Below are positions 1 through 9,955 of a stretch of DNA of 64,000 nt, one piece after another (positions within the stretch are counted from its first letter, which is position 1; every line of letters starts with the position of its first letter). The stretch spans positions 14,700,816-14,764,815 of the forward strand of contig OZ316895.1 of NCBI GenBank assembly GCA_973895155.1, in the 5' to 3' direction. The notes below the pieces were generated by a model that saw only the letters and a program-made list of their open reading frames with translations, was not told the origin of the DNA and made no database searches. Both the position numbers and the translations under genes were made by a program. The DNA is from Marsupella aquatica. Lineage: Eukaryota > Plantae > Marchantiophyta.

Positions 1-485
1 CACCATGCAAATCAAGTGGAATGTAGCCCAAGTGTGAGCCATCCGTATGCCAAATCAACTCTGTAGTATGCATGCTCATGCCAGTTTGTCAATGGTAAAA
101 CCTGGTGGGAACAAAGCCTCCTGGCCAATGAGCACATCATACGTAGTGGCATTGGTAACCAAACATTTGACTGGGAAATGCAGTTCCTGATCTATACCTC
201 CATTAAAAGTGAGAGTGAGTAAAGTAGAACTCTCACCCAACACGTCCTCCACGGTGCCACTAGCAGTCCGAATGTGCCACCTGGATTGCTGTAAATGATG
301 AGTCAGCAGTCCCATCTTCTTGGCAAACTGAATGCCCAAGATTACTGGTTGAGCGCCTGTGTCTAGCATGACCACCTGAGGAGTGTGACCCTCCAACTTG
401 ACTGCTGAATTCCTGTTGTCAACAATGGCAATGGTGGTGGAAACTAAAGCCTGTCACTAGACACCACTTTTGGCAAATGATGAGG
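1..485 (-). mobile_element. Fragment (aspartic protease region) of a second, oppositely oriented copy of the DNMT-Gypsy element, running off the left edge
   Basis: 1-485 is a near-identical reverse complement of 694-1177. ORF 76..396(-) has the intact protease motif VMLDTGAQP. Confidence 0.85.
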
Positions 486-774
486 CTAGTGTACGACTTG
501 AGTTAGCGACATGTTCTTATAGCAAATGCCAGGCGTTCTTGAAGCAAATGCCAGGCAGTGTAGGGGCAGCAGCCTAGTACCTGGATCGCGGTGGACGCGC
601 AATACTGGCCTCATAATGTGCATGGGCCAACTCAAGTTTCTCAGCAGTGTCATAGACATTGAGCAGGGTGTAGCTGTCTCCCTTCACAAGGTACCTCATC
701 ATTTGCCAAAAGTGGTGCCTAGCGACAGGACTTCAGTTTCCACCACCATTGCCATTGTTGACAACAGGAATTCA

Positions 775-1110
775 GCGGTCAAGTTGGAGGGTCACACTCC
801 TCAGGTGGTCATGCTAGACACACGCGCTCAACCAGTGATCTTGGGCATTCAGTTTGCCAAGAAAATGGGACTATTGACTGATCATTTACAACAATCCAGG
901 TGGCATATTTGGACTGCTAGTGGCACCATGGAGGACGTGTTGGGTGAGAGTTCTACTTTACTCACTCTCACTTTTAATGGAGGTACAGATCAGGAATTGC
1001 ATTTCCCAATCAGATGTTTGGTTACCAATGCCACTACGTATGATGTGCTCATTGGCCAGGAGGCTTTGTTCCCACCAGGTTTTACCATTGACAACTGGCA
1101 TGAGCATGCA
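775..1110 (+). pseudogene. Retroviral-type aspartic protease domain (catalytic DTG mutated to DTR)
   Basis: VVMLDTRAQPVILG...YDVLIGQEAL in ORF 526..1434. A frameshift near 1350-1377 separates it from the downstream pol frame. Confidence 0.8.
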
Positions 1111-1469
1111 TACTACAGAGTTGATTGGCATACGGATGGCTCACACTTGGGCTACATTCCACTTGATTTGCATGGTGCCCATACACCTATGGCTCACCAC
1201 TGTGTGTTGAAAGTAGTGCACACAGCTACCTATGTCAACCACCCATTGCAGGATTGGATTGAGGAGGATGATGATGAGGTGGCTACTGCACATGCTGCTG
1301 CACATATAGCAGCACTTTCCAGCAACGTGGATCATCAACCAGAGGTGGTACACGGCTCCAAGCAGCCCATGGACCTTTGGTGGCTGCATTGCGCAAATTT
1401 GAGGATCTTGGGCAGCACAATGGCCAACCAATAGCCCCAATCTTGAGCGCACCAGTTACATGGACTCCT

Positions 1470-2440
1470 CCTTCAGATGGCCTTACATTGCTTGAGCTTT
1501 TTGGTGGCATTTCTATAGGCTTGGAAGCTCTCCTACAGTCTGGCATGGTGGTGAAGCAGTACATCTATGTGGATATTGATCCAGGTGCAAGGCAAGTGGC
1601 TGAATCCCGTCTGCTGGAATTTTCAGAGCGATTTCCCCAGTAGTTTCCACACAGTGCATGGAAGTCTGCATTTTCTTTCTTTCCTCCAGATATCCAGCTT
1701 GTCCAGGACCGGCACTTCACCCTTCTTGGCTCCCTTGATTTGATCATAGCTGGTTGAAAATGCCAAGGGTTTTCAGCTGCTGGTCACGGTGGTGGACTGC
1801 ATGATTCTCGTTCTGGCCTTTTCACAGCATTGGTTTAGATTCTCATCTGGGCTCAATCCCTTTATCTTGCTGTTGGTTATATCATTGAGAATACTCCATC
1901 TCAATTTGACCAGCGTCCACAGGTCACAGAGGATTTCAGTGTGGTCCAGCACTACTTGGGACCACCCCTTCTCATTGATGCAGTGCACTGTGGTTCTTAT
2001 GCACATCGTCTTCGTAACTTTTGGACTAACCTTGCACCACCTTCCTTGCTGGAGTTCGCTCTTCACCACACATCCAGGGACACTACCCTCATAGTGGACC
2101 AGATTTTGGATCCTGACAGTTCTTGTCAACCAGTTACACGGCAAGAGTCAGCACCTTGGTATCCAGCCAATACCATTGGACAGCCCCGTGCTGCTTGGCC
2201 TACATTTGTATCCTTTCCAAGTGCACATGCCTTTCAGGGTGATGGTCCTGGCCTGGTTTATCGACATTCTACCGGTACATGGGATGAACCTAGTCCTGAG
2301 GACAGAGAACGGGCTATGGGCTTCCAATCCGGTACTACAAGTCACACCAAGATCACCAGGCTGGCCAGGAATGCTTTACTTGGCAGGGTAATGGATCTTA
2401 ATGCTCTCACTTGGCTTCTGGTCACTTGCATCCTTTTTCA
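1470..2440 (+). pseudogene. DNMT3-like C5-cytosine DNA methyltransferase domain within the retrotransposon pol frame (3 in-frame stops)
   Basis: Read-through gives motif I LELFGGISIG, II YVDID, III PPDI, IV DLIIAG*KCQGFSAAG, V GLHDSRSGLF, VI IIENTP, VIII AHRLRNFWTN, IX ERAMGF, X RNALLGRVM. Stops at 1641, 1755, 1836. Confidence 0.9.
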
Positions 2441-2810
2441 GATGTACATTCATCCAGCATCTGGAGTTCCAACTCTCCCACTCCATGGTGCTGCTACATG
2501 GCATCCGGATCAGGTGCACTTACCTCTATTCAACACTCACCGCTTCAGTCCCAGTGTTGGGGGGGAGGAGGTCCCTTGTAACGTGGCTAGCAGTATTTCT
2601 GAGTTTCATGGTGTGGACCAACTCAAATCAGCAGGTACAACAGGCCTTGGAGAGGCCTCATCACCTTATCAGCAGCATGTTAGCAGCTTGGATAGTGGAG
2701 AGGCTGGCACTTCTGGCTCTTCAAGCATGAGTACATCAGGTCCTATTCCTAGTGTTGCCAACTACACATTCATCATGGGCAACCACCTGAGTAAAAGACA
2801 GAAGGACTAG

Positions 2811-5351
2811 TTGCTGAATTTGCTCCTCAAGCATGAGAACGTGTTTGCTTTCTCTATGAAGGACTTGGGTAAGTGCAAGACTATGCAGTTCTCCATTGAG
2901 TTGGTTGATGAAACACCTATCTTCAGGGGGAGGCATCGTTTGAGTAAGCATGAGTGGCAGCTGGTGGATGAGAGGTGCCAAGAGCTCTATGAAGCTGGTC
3001 TTATTCAGCCATCTACATCAGATTTTGCAGCAGCTACAGTGATGCCAGCAAAGAAGGATTCCAGTGGATTATGTACAGAGAAGCGCATGTGTGGGGACTA
3101 CAGGCCAGTGAACCTGGTCACACCCCAGGACAGGTACTCCATGTCGCGGCCAGAGGAGCTATTTGACAACATTGGAGACTCAGACATCTTCACTCTTGTG
3201 GATCTAAGGCAAGGCTTCAACCAGATTTTGCTACTTGCAAAGGATCGCAAGAAAACAACTTTCCATGGTAGTAACCAACTATGGGAGTGGTTGGTGATGC
3301 CATTTGGCTTGAAGAATGCGCCCATATTCTTTCAAAGAGTCATGGACCAGGTTCTTCAAGGTGCTGAGTTTCTGAAATGCTACATTGATGATGTGTTGGT
3401 CCACAACAAAGGATTTGACCAACATCTACTTGACCTTGAGGAGCTATTCATGAGGCTTAAGAAGGTGAACCTGAAGATACACCCCAAGAAGTGTGAATTT
3501 GCTGTCAGATCAGTAGTATACCTTGGGCACCGCATTCTTCCAAATGGAACCATGGCTCACTGGGCCAAAGTGGTATCCATCCTGGAAATGCCCACTCCTA
3601 CTGATGTTCACACTCTTAGGAGATTTATTGGGTTGTGCAATTACTACCGGATCTACATCAAAGATTTCAGTACCATTGCACATCCATTACACTCTTTGTT
3701 GAAAAATAATGTGACTTGGACATGGAGTACAGATGCTAAGGCAGCATTTGCCACTTTGAAGGAGAAGTTCTCAGAATACCCGGTGTTGAGAAGACCTGAT
3801 TTCAGCAAGGTCTTTGTGCTACACACAGATTGGAGTGCCCTTGGGATTGGTGCCATTCTAGGCCAGCATGATGAGGAAGGTAAAGAGTACGTCATTGCCT
3901 ATGCATCCAGGAGCAACAATCAGACAGAGAGTCATTATTCTTTGTATGAGGGTGAATGTCTTGCTGTTGTGTGGGCTGTAATACATTACAGGCCCTACCT
4001 CTATGGGACCAGGTTTGTCCTCTACACCAACCACCAGCCCTTGAAGTGGTTGATGACCAACGACAAGCTTACTGGCAAGCTTGCTCGTTGGGCGCTCATA
4101 CTCCAGGAGTATGATTTTGAGGTAATTCATAGGCCTGGTGTGACACATCAAAATGTTGACACTATGTCCCGCAGCCCTTTGATTGCCTCTGATGATTCCT
4201 CAGATGCACGGCAGGATTCTGACCAGGTTTCCATCCTGCCTACATTTCATGCATCTACCTATCTTGCTTTGCTGCCATGCTACATCGTTGACCAACCTGT
4301 GGTGGACATATGGGAGGACAACGACACTCTGAGATTTTTGCAGCATGGGGAGTACCCCATACATGTTACTGCAACCCAGAGAGACCGAATCCAGCAAAGG
4401 TCCAAGCGTTACTTGTGGAAGGGAAATCATCTCGTGCGCTGCTTGCTAGACAGGGAAGTGGTGGTTCCACCCATTCATGAGAGGGTTGGCCTTATCCGTA
4501 AGGTACATTCTGAGCTTGGTCATTTTGGCGTTAAGAGGACTTACAGCCTCTTGGTCCCTCATTATCATTGGAGAGGCATGCATGGCCAGGTTCGAGATGT
4601 TATTGCCCGGTGTGAGCAGTGTGATAGGGTAAGGACTTCTTTCACATCTCGGCAACCCACACTTCATCCACTCCCTATTCAGGGCATGTTTTATCGTTGG
4701 TCATGTGATTTGGCTGGAGAATTACCCCTCACATCTCGGGGTAATCTCTACATCATGATCATGATAGAGCATTTCTCCAAGTGGATAGAACTTGTGGCAT
4801 TGCCGGATAAGACCTCCCGTAGCACCAGCCAGGCATTCCTGCAACAAGTTCTCAGCCGCTTTGGAGCTTGTGCAGAATGTCTCACTGACCAAGGCTCAGA
4901 GTTTAGAGGAGAGTTCCAAGAGCTGCTTGATCAGGCCCTCATTGATCATCGCCGGACATCACGAGATCACCCACAGGCAGATGGCTTGGCAGAGCGCATG
5001 GTTCAGACATGCAAGAAGGGTCTCCGGAAGATTTGCCTCACCAAAAACAAGGAGGATTGGGACCTGGCCTTACCCTACATTGCCATGGGGTATAGGATGT
5101 CTAGACATGCATCATTGTCTAACTTTTCTCCCTACTTCTTGTTGTTTGGTCGTCACCCAGTTCCACCTTCTGCTATTGCTGCTCACATGGTTCAGGTGGT
5201 GGACTTGGATTCAGCTGTGACTTGGTCTGATGTGATCTCTGAGAGGGCTGCCCTATTCAGGAGGGTTATGCCCATGGCCATGGAGAATTTGGCCATTGCA
5301 CAACATAGGGACACGCTGCGTTATGCACACACACGAGGGGGCACTTTTTAG
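2811..5351 (+). CDS. Gypsy pol: reverse transcriptase, RNase H and integrase (part of a stop-interrupted polyprotein)
   Basis: 846-aa ORF with YIDD, RNase H and HHCC/DDE motifs. Same frame as the ORFs starting at 1377, 1941 and 5472. Confidence 0.93.
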   Translation: MLNLLLKHENVFAFSMKDLGKCKTMQFSIELVDETPIFRGRHRLSKHEWQLVDERCQELYEAGLIQPSTSDFAAATVMPAKKDSSGLCTEKRMCGDYRPVNLVTPQDRYSMSRPEELFDNIGDSDIFTLVDLRQGFNQILLLAKDRKKTTFHGSNQLWEWLVMPFGLKNAPIFFQRVMDQVLQGAEFLKCYIDDVLVHNKGFDQHLLDLEELFMRLKKVNLKIHPKKCEFAVRSVVYLGHRILPNGTMAHWAKVVSILEMPTPTDVHTLRRFIGLCNYYRIYIKDFSTIAHPLHSLLKNNVTWTWSTDAKAAFATLKEKFSEYPVLRRPDFSKVFVLHTDWSALGIGAILGQHDEEGKEYVIAYASRSNNQTESHYSLYEGECLAVVWAVIHYRPYLYGTRFVLYTNHQPLKWLMTNDKLTGKLARWALILQEYDFEVIHRPGVTHQNVDTMSRSPLIASDDSSDARQDSDQVSILPTFHASTYLALLPCYIVDQPVVDIWEDNDTLRFLQHGEYPIHVTATQRDRIQQRSKRYLWKGNHLVRCLLDREVVVPPIHERVGLIRKVHSELGHFGVKRTYSLLVPHYHWRGMHGQVRDVIARCEQCDRVRTSFTSRQPTLHPLPIQGMFYRWSCDLAGELPLTSRGNLYIMIMIEHFSKWIELVALPDKTSRSTSQAFLQQVLSRFGACAECLTDQGSEFRGEFQELLDQALIDHRRTSRDHPQADGLAERMVQTCKKGLRKICLTKNKEDWDLALPYIAMGYRMSRHASLSNFSPYFLLFGRHPVPPSAIAAHMVQVVDLDSAVTWSDVISERAALFRRVMPMAMENLAIAQHRDTLRYAHTRGGTF

Positions 5352-5597
5352 CCCAAGGTCAGGAAGTTTGATGTGGGAGATTTTGTGTACTTGTAGTGGC
5401 AAGCTAACAACACCCTGGACACCTCTACTAGTCGTACTATTCTCAGGGTTAAAGCTATTCGACCGTCTGGAGTGCTAGAGTTACAAGGGGCAGATGGGCG
5501 CACAATTGCTGACAATGCCAAGAATTGCGCCCCTTGTCATCTGCCTAACCTGGATCCCACCATTGTGACTTCTACCTGGATTCCACGTGTGGACTAC

Positions 5598-5753
5598 CCT
5601 TGCAAAGTGTGTTTGCGAATTGATGATGCTGACCAGATGCTGCTATGTGATAATTGCAACGGAGGGTACCATCTTTTCTATCTGCGGCTTGAACTTACCC
5701 AGGTGCCAGAAGGGTTATGGTTTTGCCCTTCCTGTGCTCCACATGCCACCTGA
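5598..5753 (+). pseudogene. PHD finger at the C-terminus of pol
   Basis: CKVC...MLLCDNCNGGYHLFY...VPEGLWFCPSC fits C4HC3 with one Cys replaced by Tyr. In frame with the integrase beyond stops at 5349 and 5394. Confidence 0.88.
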
Positions 5754-5970
5754 CTTTTCCTCAGCCCTCCTTGTGACTGTGGTCTGGAGGGGATACAGAG
5801 GTTTACACCTCCACTACGTACATACCACCTCAGTTGCTTTTTCTTGGCACTTGGGAATGTGATTGGACTTTTTCTATGCATGTTGGTTGCTAGCAGCTTG
5901 CACATATGCATTGCCGGTGACTTGTATGTTTTTGATACACTATGGCTACGATACTATATGTCACGACAGC

Positions 5971-6507
5971 TGTCATGTCGAGGGACAGTGCCGCTTGTGC
6001 ACATCGGCATGTCCCTCGCATGCCCGCTAGGTATGTAGTTAGGGCTAGTGTACTACTTGAGTTAGTGTCATGTTCTTGTAGCAAGTCTGGGCCGTTCTTG
6101 AAGCAAAATGTGCTTGTTAGTGTGACGCCTTGACTTGATCTACTTAGGGCATGTCTTTCTTTGTTGGTTTTCAGTTCTTCTTGAATCGCTGTTGACAGAG
6201 CTCAGACAGTGCTCGTCGGTTCCATACACGGGATTCACACAGTGATTTATTAGATGCTCCCGGCTGATCTTGGCATCCTGCCGGTTTTCGATTCGATTTC
6301 AGTACGATTGTTTCTCTTACGCCTTTTATACATACAGAGGTTTACACCTCCACTGCGTACATACCACCTCAGTTGCTTTTTCTTGGCACTTGGGAATGTG
6401 ATTGGACTTTTTCTATGCATGTTGGTTGCTAGCAGCTTGCACATATGCATTGTCGGTGACTTGTATGTTTTCGATACACTATGCCTACGACACTATATGT
6501 CACGACA
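5971..6507 (+). repeat. LTR (537 bp) of the DNMT-Gypsy element
   Basis: Starts TGTCATG and ends CACGACA (imperfect inverted termini, TG...CA). Its last 176 bp are also present at 5793-5968, and an internal piece (~6043-6110) recurs at ~484-550. Confidence 0.75.
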
Positions 6508-8247
6508 ACATCATCTACCTTTTCTTAGAGTTTTGCCAACCCTTTACTCTTCTTTACCATATCAAACAAGATAATATTTGATCATGCCAATAATAGGCCA
6601 ATCTCTGTTTATGAAATGTTCTTGGCAGGAGGAAATATGGTAGTTTGCTGAAAAATGTTTTTTCATCACTGTTTCATCGGCCAAAAACATCTCCCTGCGT
6701 CCTCCACCTCGCCGTTCGTGCTTCACCTTTGTGTCTCACTCTGGCTCATTGTGCAACGCACGGGCACTTGGCTCGTACAATAAATATGATCTGAAGAGTA
6801 CCCATCTCCAATAACTTGTATGTTGCAAACTTGGTATGCCAAAATGCAGGCCCAATGGGGTAGCCAAATTGTTGAGATTGTCTGTTATTGGTGCAAATCA
6901 GATTATTACTACACTACTGTAGTTGTGTATCAAGTCAAATGTACCCCTGAAAGTTCCTATGGACCAAACATAGAAACAATGGACTAAATTCTATGTGACA
7001 TCTATTGATACTAACTGTAATGTACTAATTGTATTATACTACCCTATACTTGATGTTGGGAGTCTAAGGTTTCTCCAGTAACATTTCTAAGTACCCTTCA
7101 TTGCACCTGGTCTCCTGATCCTACAAAACACACTAAGTTCCCCTTGAGAGCTTTTCACAATAACAACATGCAACCATTAAGGTCCATTGGGTTAGTTTTC
7201 TTTGAGCCCTGGCAGCTTACAGTTTCTACCAAGGTGGACTTTGAATTCATTTGGCACATAGTTGCCTTCACTTGAAAAAGAAGAAAAGAGACATCTCCCG
7301 AGTATGAATAGCCTGGCTGACACTTCTGCTTCTTTGCCTTGCAACCTGCTGGTTTCTGTCACCGATGCTTTTGAATTCATTCTGTTTTTTCTTTTTCCTT
7401 CTAATCTATGTGAAAAGGATAACAATGAGCCCAGTGTTTGCCGTGGTAAAACCCGGGCATGGAGAACAATTAACCCGTGAGACCAGATCCCATGCCTACT
7501 GAATCCTCCATGTCTAAAAGCCGCCCAACCAGACCCAGGGTCACCAACTAAGAGCATTTGGGTGCGAATGGATCAGGGTAGGGTCAGTCATCTATGAACA
7601 CTCATAACTAATGGAGTAGATAGGTGAACTGTCCCATCAATCCAGATTGGGGAGTACTTGAATTCATTTGATGCACCATAGCCTTCACTTTAAAATTAAA
7701 AAAAAATTGAAGGGCCTTTATTATCCTTTGGCTGGCGGAGGCATTTGGTTTTAGGGCTTCTAGTCAAATCCCTCTTTGTCACCCACTTATGTTGTTCACC
7801 CTGGAGCTCTACCAAATGTTTCAGTCTGTAGCTCAGTAGGGCTTTCAAACCTTTGACTTTCAAACTTCTGGGCATTTACCGGTTGGGCTTTTGGATTTTT
7901 TGGCCCATTGGCCTCTTAGCTCTTAGGTTTTCCCTTTTTAGTCCTCTGTTTTCCCCCCTAATTAGGTGTTTGGCCTTTGGGCTCATGTCTCCTCCCCATC
8001 TGGTGTTTTTGTTCCTTGGCAGTTTTATTGTGGTTGGGGCCCGATGCCTCCAGTTCTTTTTTTTGCGCATATAATTTCTCTGCATATGATCCTGCAAAAT
8101 ACAGTGTACATTACTAAATAGAGGGCATTTGCAAAGAGTTCAGTTTTTGTGACCAAACCTCTTGGTCATCGGCGTGGTATACAAAAGACATGTCCAGTGT
8201 TGAATAGCCTAGGCCAACGATTCTCCTCCTAAATTTTGTTCAAACCA

Positions 8248-8417
8248 CCACTATCCATATTAAAAGGAGAAGTGTCCAATACTTTTTCACATTTCTCTCC
8301 TCTAGGGATTTCTCTCCTCTAGTGTGAGACTTCCACTATCCATATTAAATGGAGAAGTGTCCAATACTTTTTCACATTTCTCTCCTCTAGGGATTTCTCT
8401 CCTCTAGGGTGAGACTT
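8248..8417. repeat. 85-bp tandem duplication (2 copies)
   Basis: ccactatccatattaaa...gtgagactt at 8248 and 8333. Confidence 0.9.
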
Positions 8418-9955
8418 TGCTCTTTCAGGGAAAAAGTATAAAAATGGTGAAACCTAGTTGGTGGATACAGGTTTTGTCATGGATAGTGGGGCTTCAAGAC
8501 AGAAATCAAGATAAAAGACCGTGATGACCCATTCAGACTGCCATTCAACTACAGGAGTCTTACCGTTCTTGCCACGTCACACACCACTACCGTAGTGTCA
8601 CATTAACGGTCTACCATCACTTTACAAGAACATCATTCCCTTTTCGTTCATCAACCTGAAATCGAGGCATCGAAAAACGCTCTCACATGGAACTATCAAG
8701 CGAACGATGAGTACAGTCGTACAGACCCGTGACGCTTTGCACATTGATAGTCTCGTAAATCGTGGATCGGAATGTAGCGATTCTTGGCTCATTACTAAGT
8801 TTGCTCAATCCTCTTTCTTCTGAGCTATGGTGCGTCGTCAGGCGTTCAGTATTCGCGACTCGGAGTTGCGGACGGATATTTCGCCTGACGGGTGTTTGAC
8901 TGACTGAACTCGATTCTTGCGAGTTTCGAATTCCGTCTGTCGAGTTTCGTCGCAAGCATTGTTGGTAGTAATTTGTAAACGAGCTTGAGCGGCGGAGCGC
9001 GGGAGTGTTCTTTCGTTTGAATGCGCTCGCCAGATTCGTCGCCTCTCTCCTTGTCTGCTGGCTGGAAACTTCACGACGTCTACATTTACTGGACAGAGTT
9101 CTCTGCCACGCGAGCTACTGAAAGTTATGTGCGAGGAATGGAGTGTCGTACTTGAATGAAACGTAACTTGAATGGTTGTAGATCCCCGGCTCGTGATTCC
9201 GTGTGTTGTGGATGAAGCTCGACGGCGTTGAAGAAAGTGTTTGAAAAGTCTTCCGGGCTAGAGCGATGGTCACGGCAATCGAAGAGCATCATTGACGATG
9301 GCGATTCATGGTGACTGCTGGCCCAACTCCTGTTGTTCGCGAAAGGACTGGATCACTGGACGTTTTCAGCGTTTTTCGTTTCTGCGCGGTACCTATAACC
9401 GTGATTATCTTTTGAAGGATGTCTCATTGCGTGTGCAAACTTGAAATTCCACGAACTAAGGAGAAACTTGTACTTGGTAGCAGGTGTCCTCTTTCAATGT
9501 GATTCACGAGACCTAGACGAAAGGTACCTTCCCTCTGAGGGAGCTTGTCGGGGAGGGAACGGGCGAGCCTCAGTTGAATCACAAGCCGGCAGAAAACGAC
9601 TTCTCGCAAATCATTCGTGAGCAGAGAGGTGGCAGAGCAAATTGCAGGACTGAACTTTGCCGGAAAGAGCGAGGGGCAGGCTGCGTGCCTCGGAGGAGTA
9701 ACTGATAGGAAAGGTTTCGTGCTTGTGAATTGAATTGAGCTTGCAGCACTCACCTGAACAACCGGAGATATCGTGCATTAACAAGTGGTGCCGGAATTAC
9801 AACTTTCTCATTCGAAAGTCATGATCTCTAAATTGCGTTGTTTTAGAGAGCACACCTCAGGAAAGATCCGATAGTTTGCTCACCGGGGATATTTGTCGCT
9901 AATGGAGGTGAATTGCTCAAGTCCTAGTTGTTGAGTCAAGCTTTAAGATTTCGAA

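Larger units (their letters stand above)
550..6507 (+). mobile_element. Ty3/Gypsy LTR retrotransposon, 5'-truncated and decayed, domain order PR-DNMT-RT-RH-INT-PHD
   Basis: Protease LDT(R)A; RT KRMCGDYR, MPFGLKNAP, YIDD; RNase H LHTDWS, EGECLAV; integrase HHCC (HSELGH...CEQC) and D-D-E (SCD, TDQG, AERMV). RT-RH-INT order is Gypsy-type. PPT-like GGAGGGGA at 5786-5793, LTR 5971-6507. Confidence 0.93.

Noticed and set aside
526-774. N-terminus of the 302-aa ORF as a genuine start of gag-pol
   Set aside because: It begins inside an LTR-derived fragment at a rearrangement junction, so the ATG is likely fortuitous.
7100-8100. Possible minus-strand gene (ORFs 7192-7557, 7876-8097)
   Set aside because: No recognisable domain and no consistent exon chain could be built. 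Left unannotated rather than excluded.
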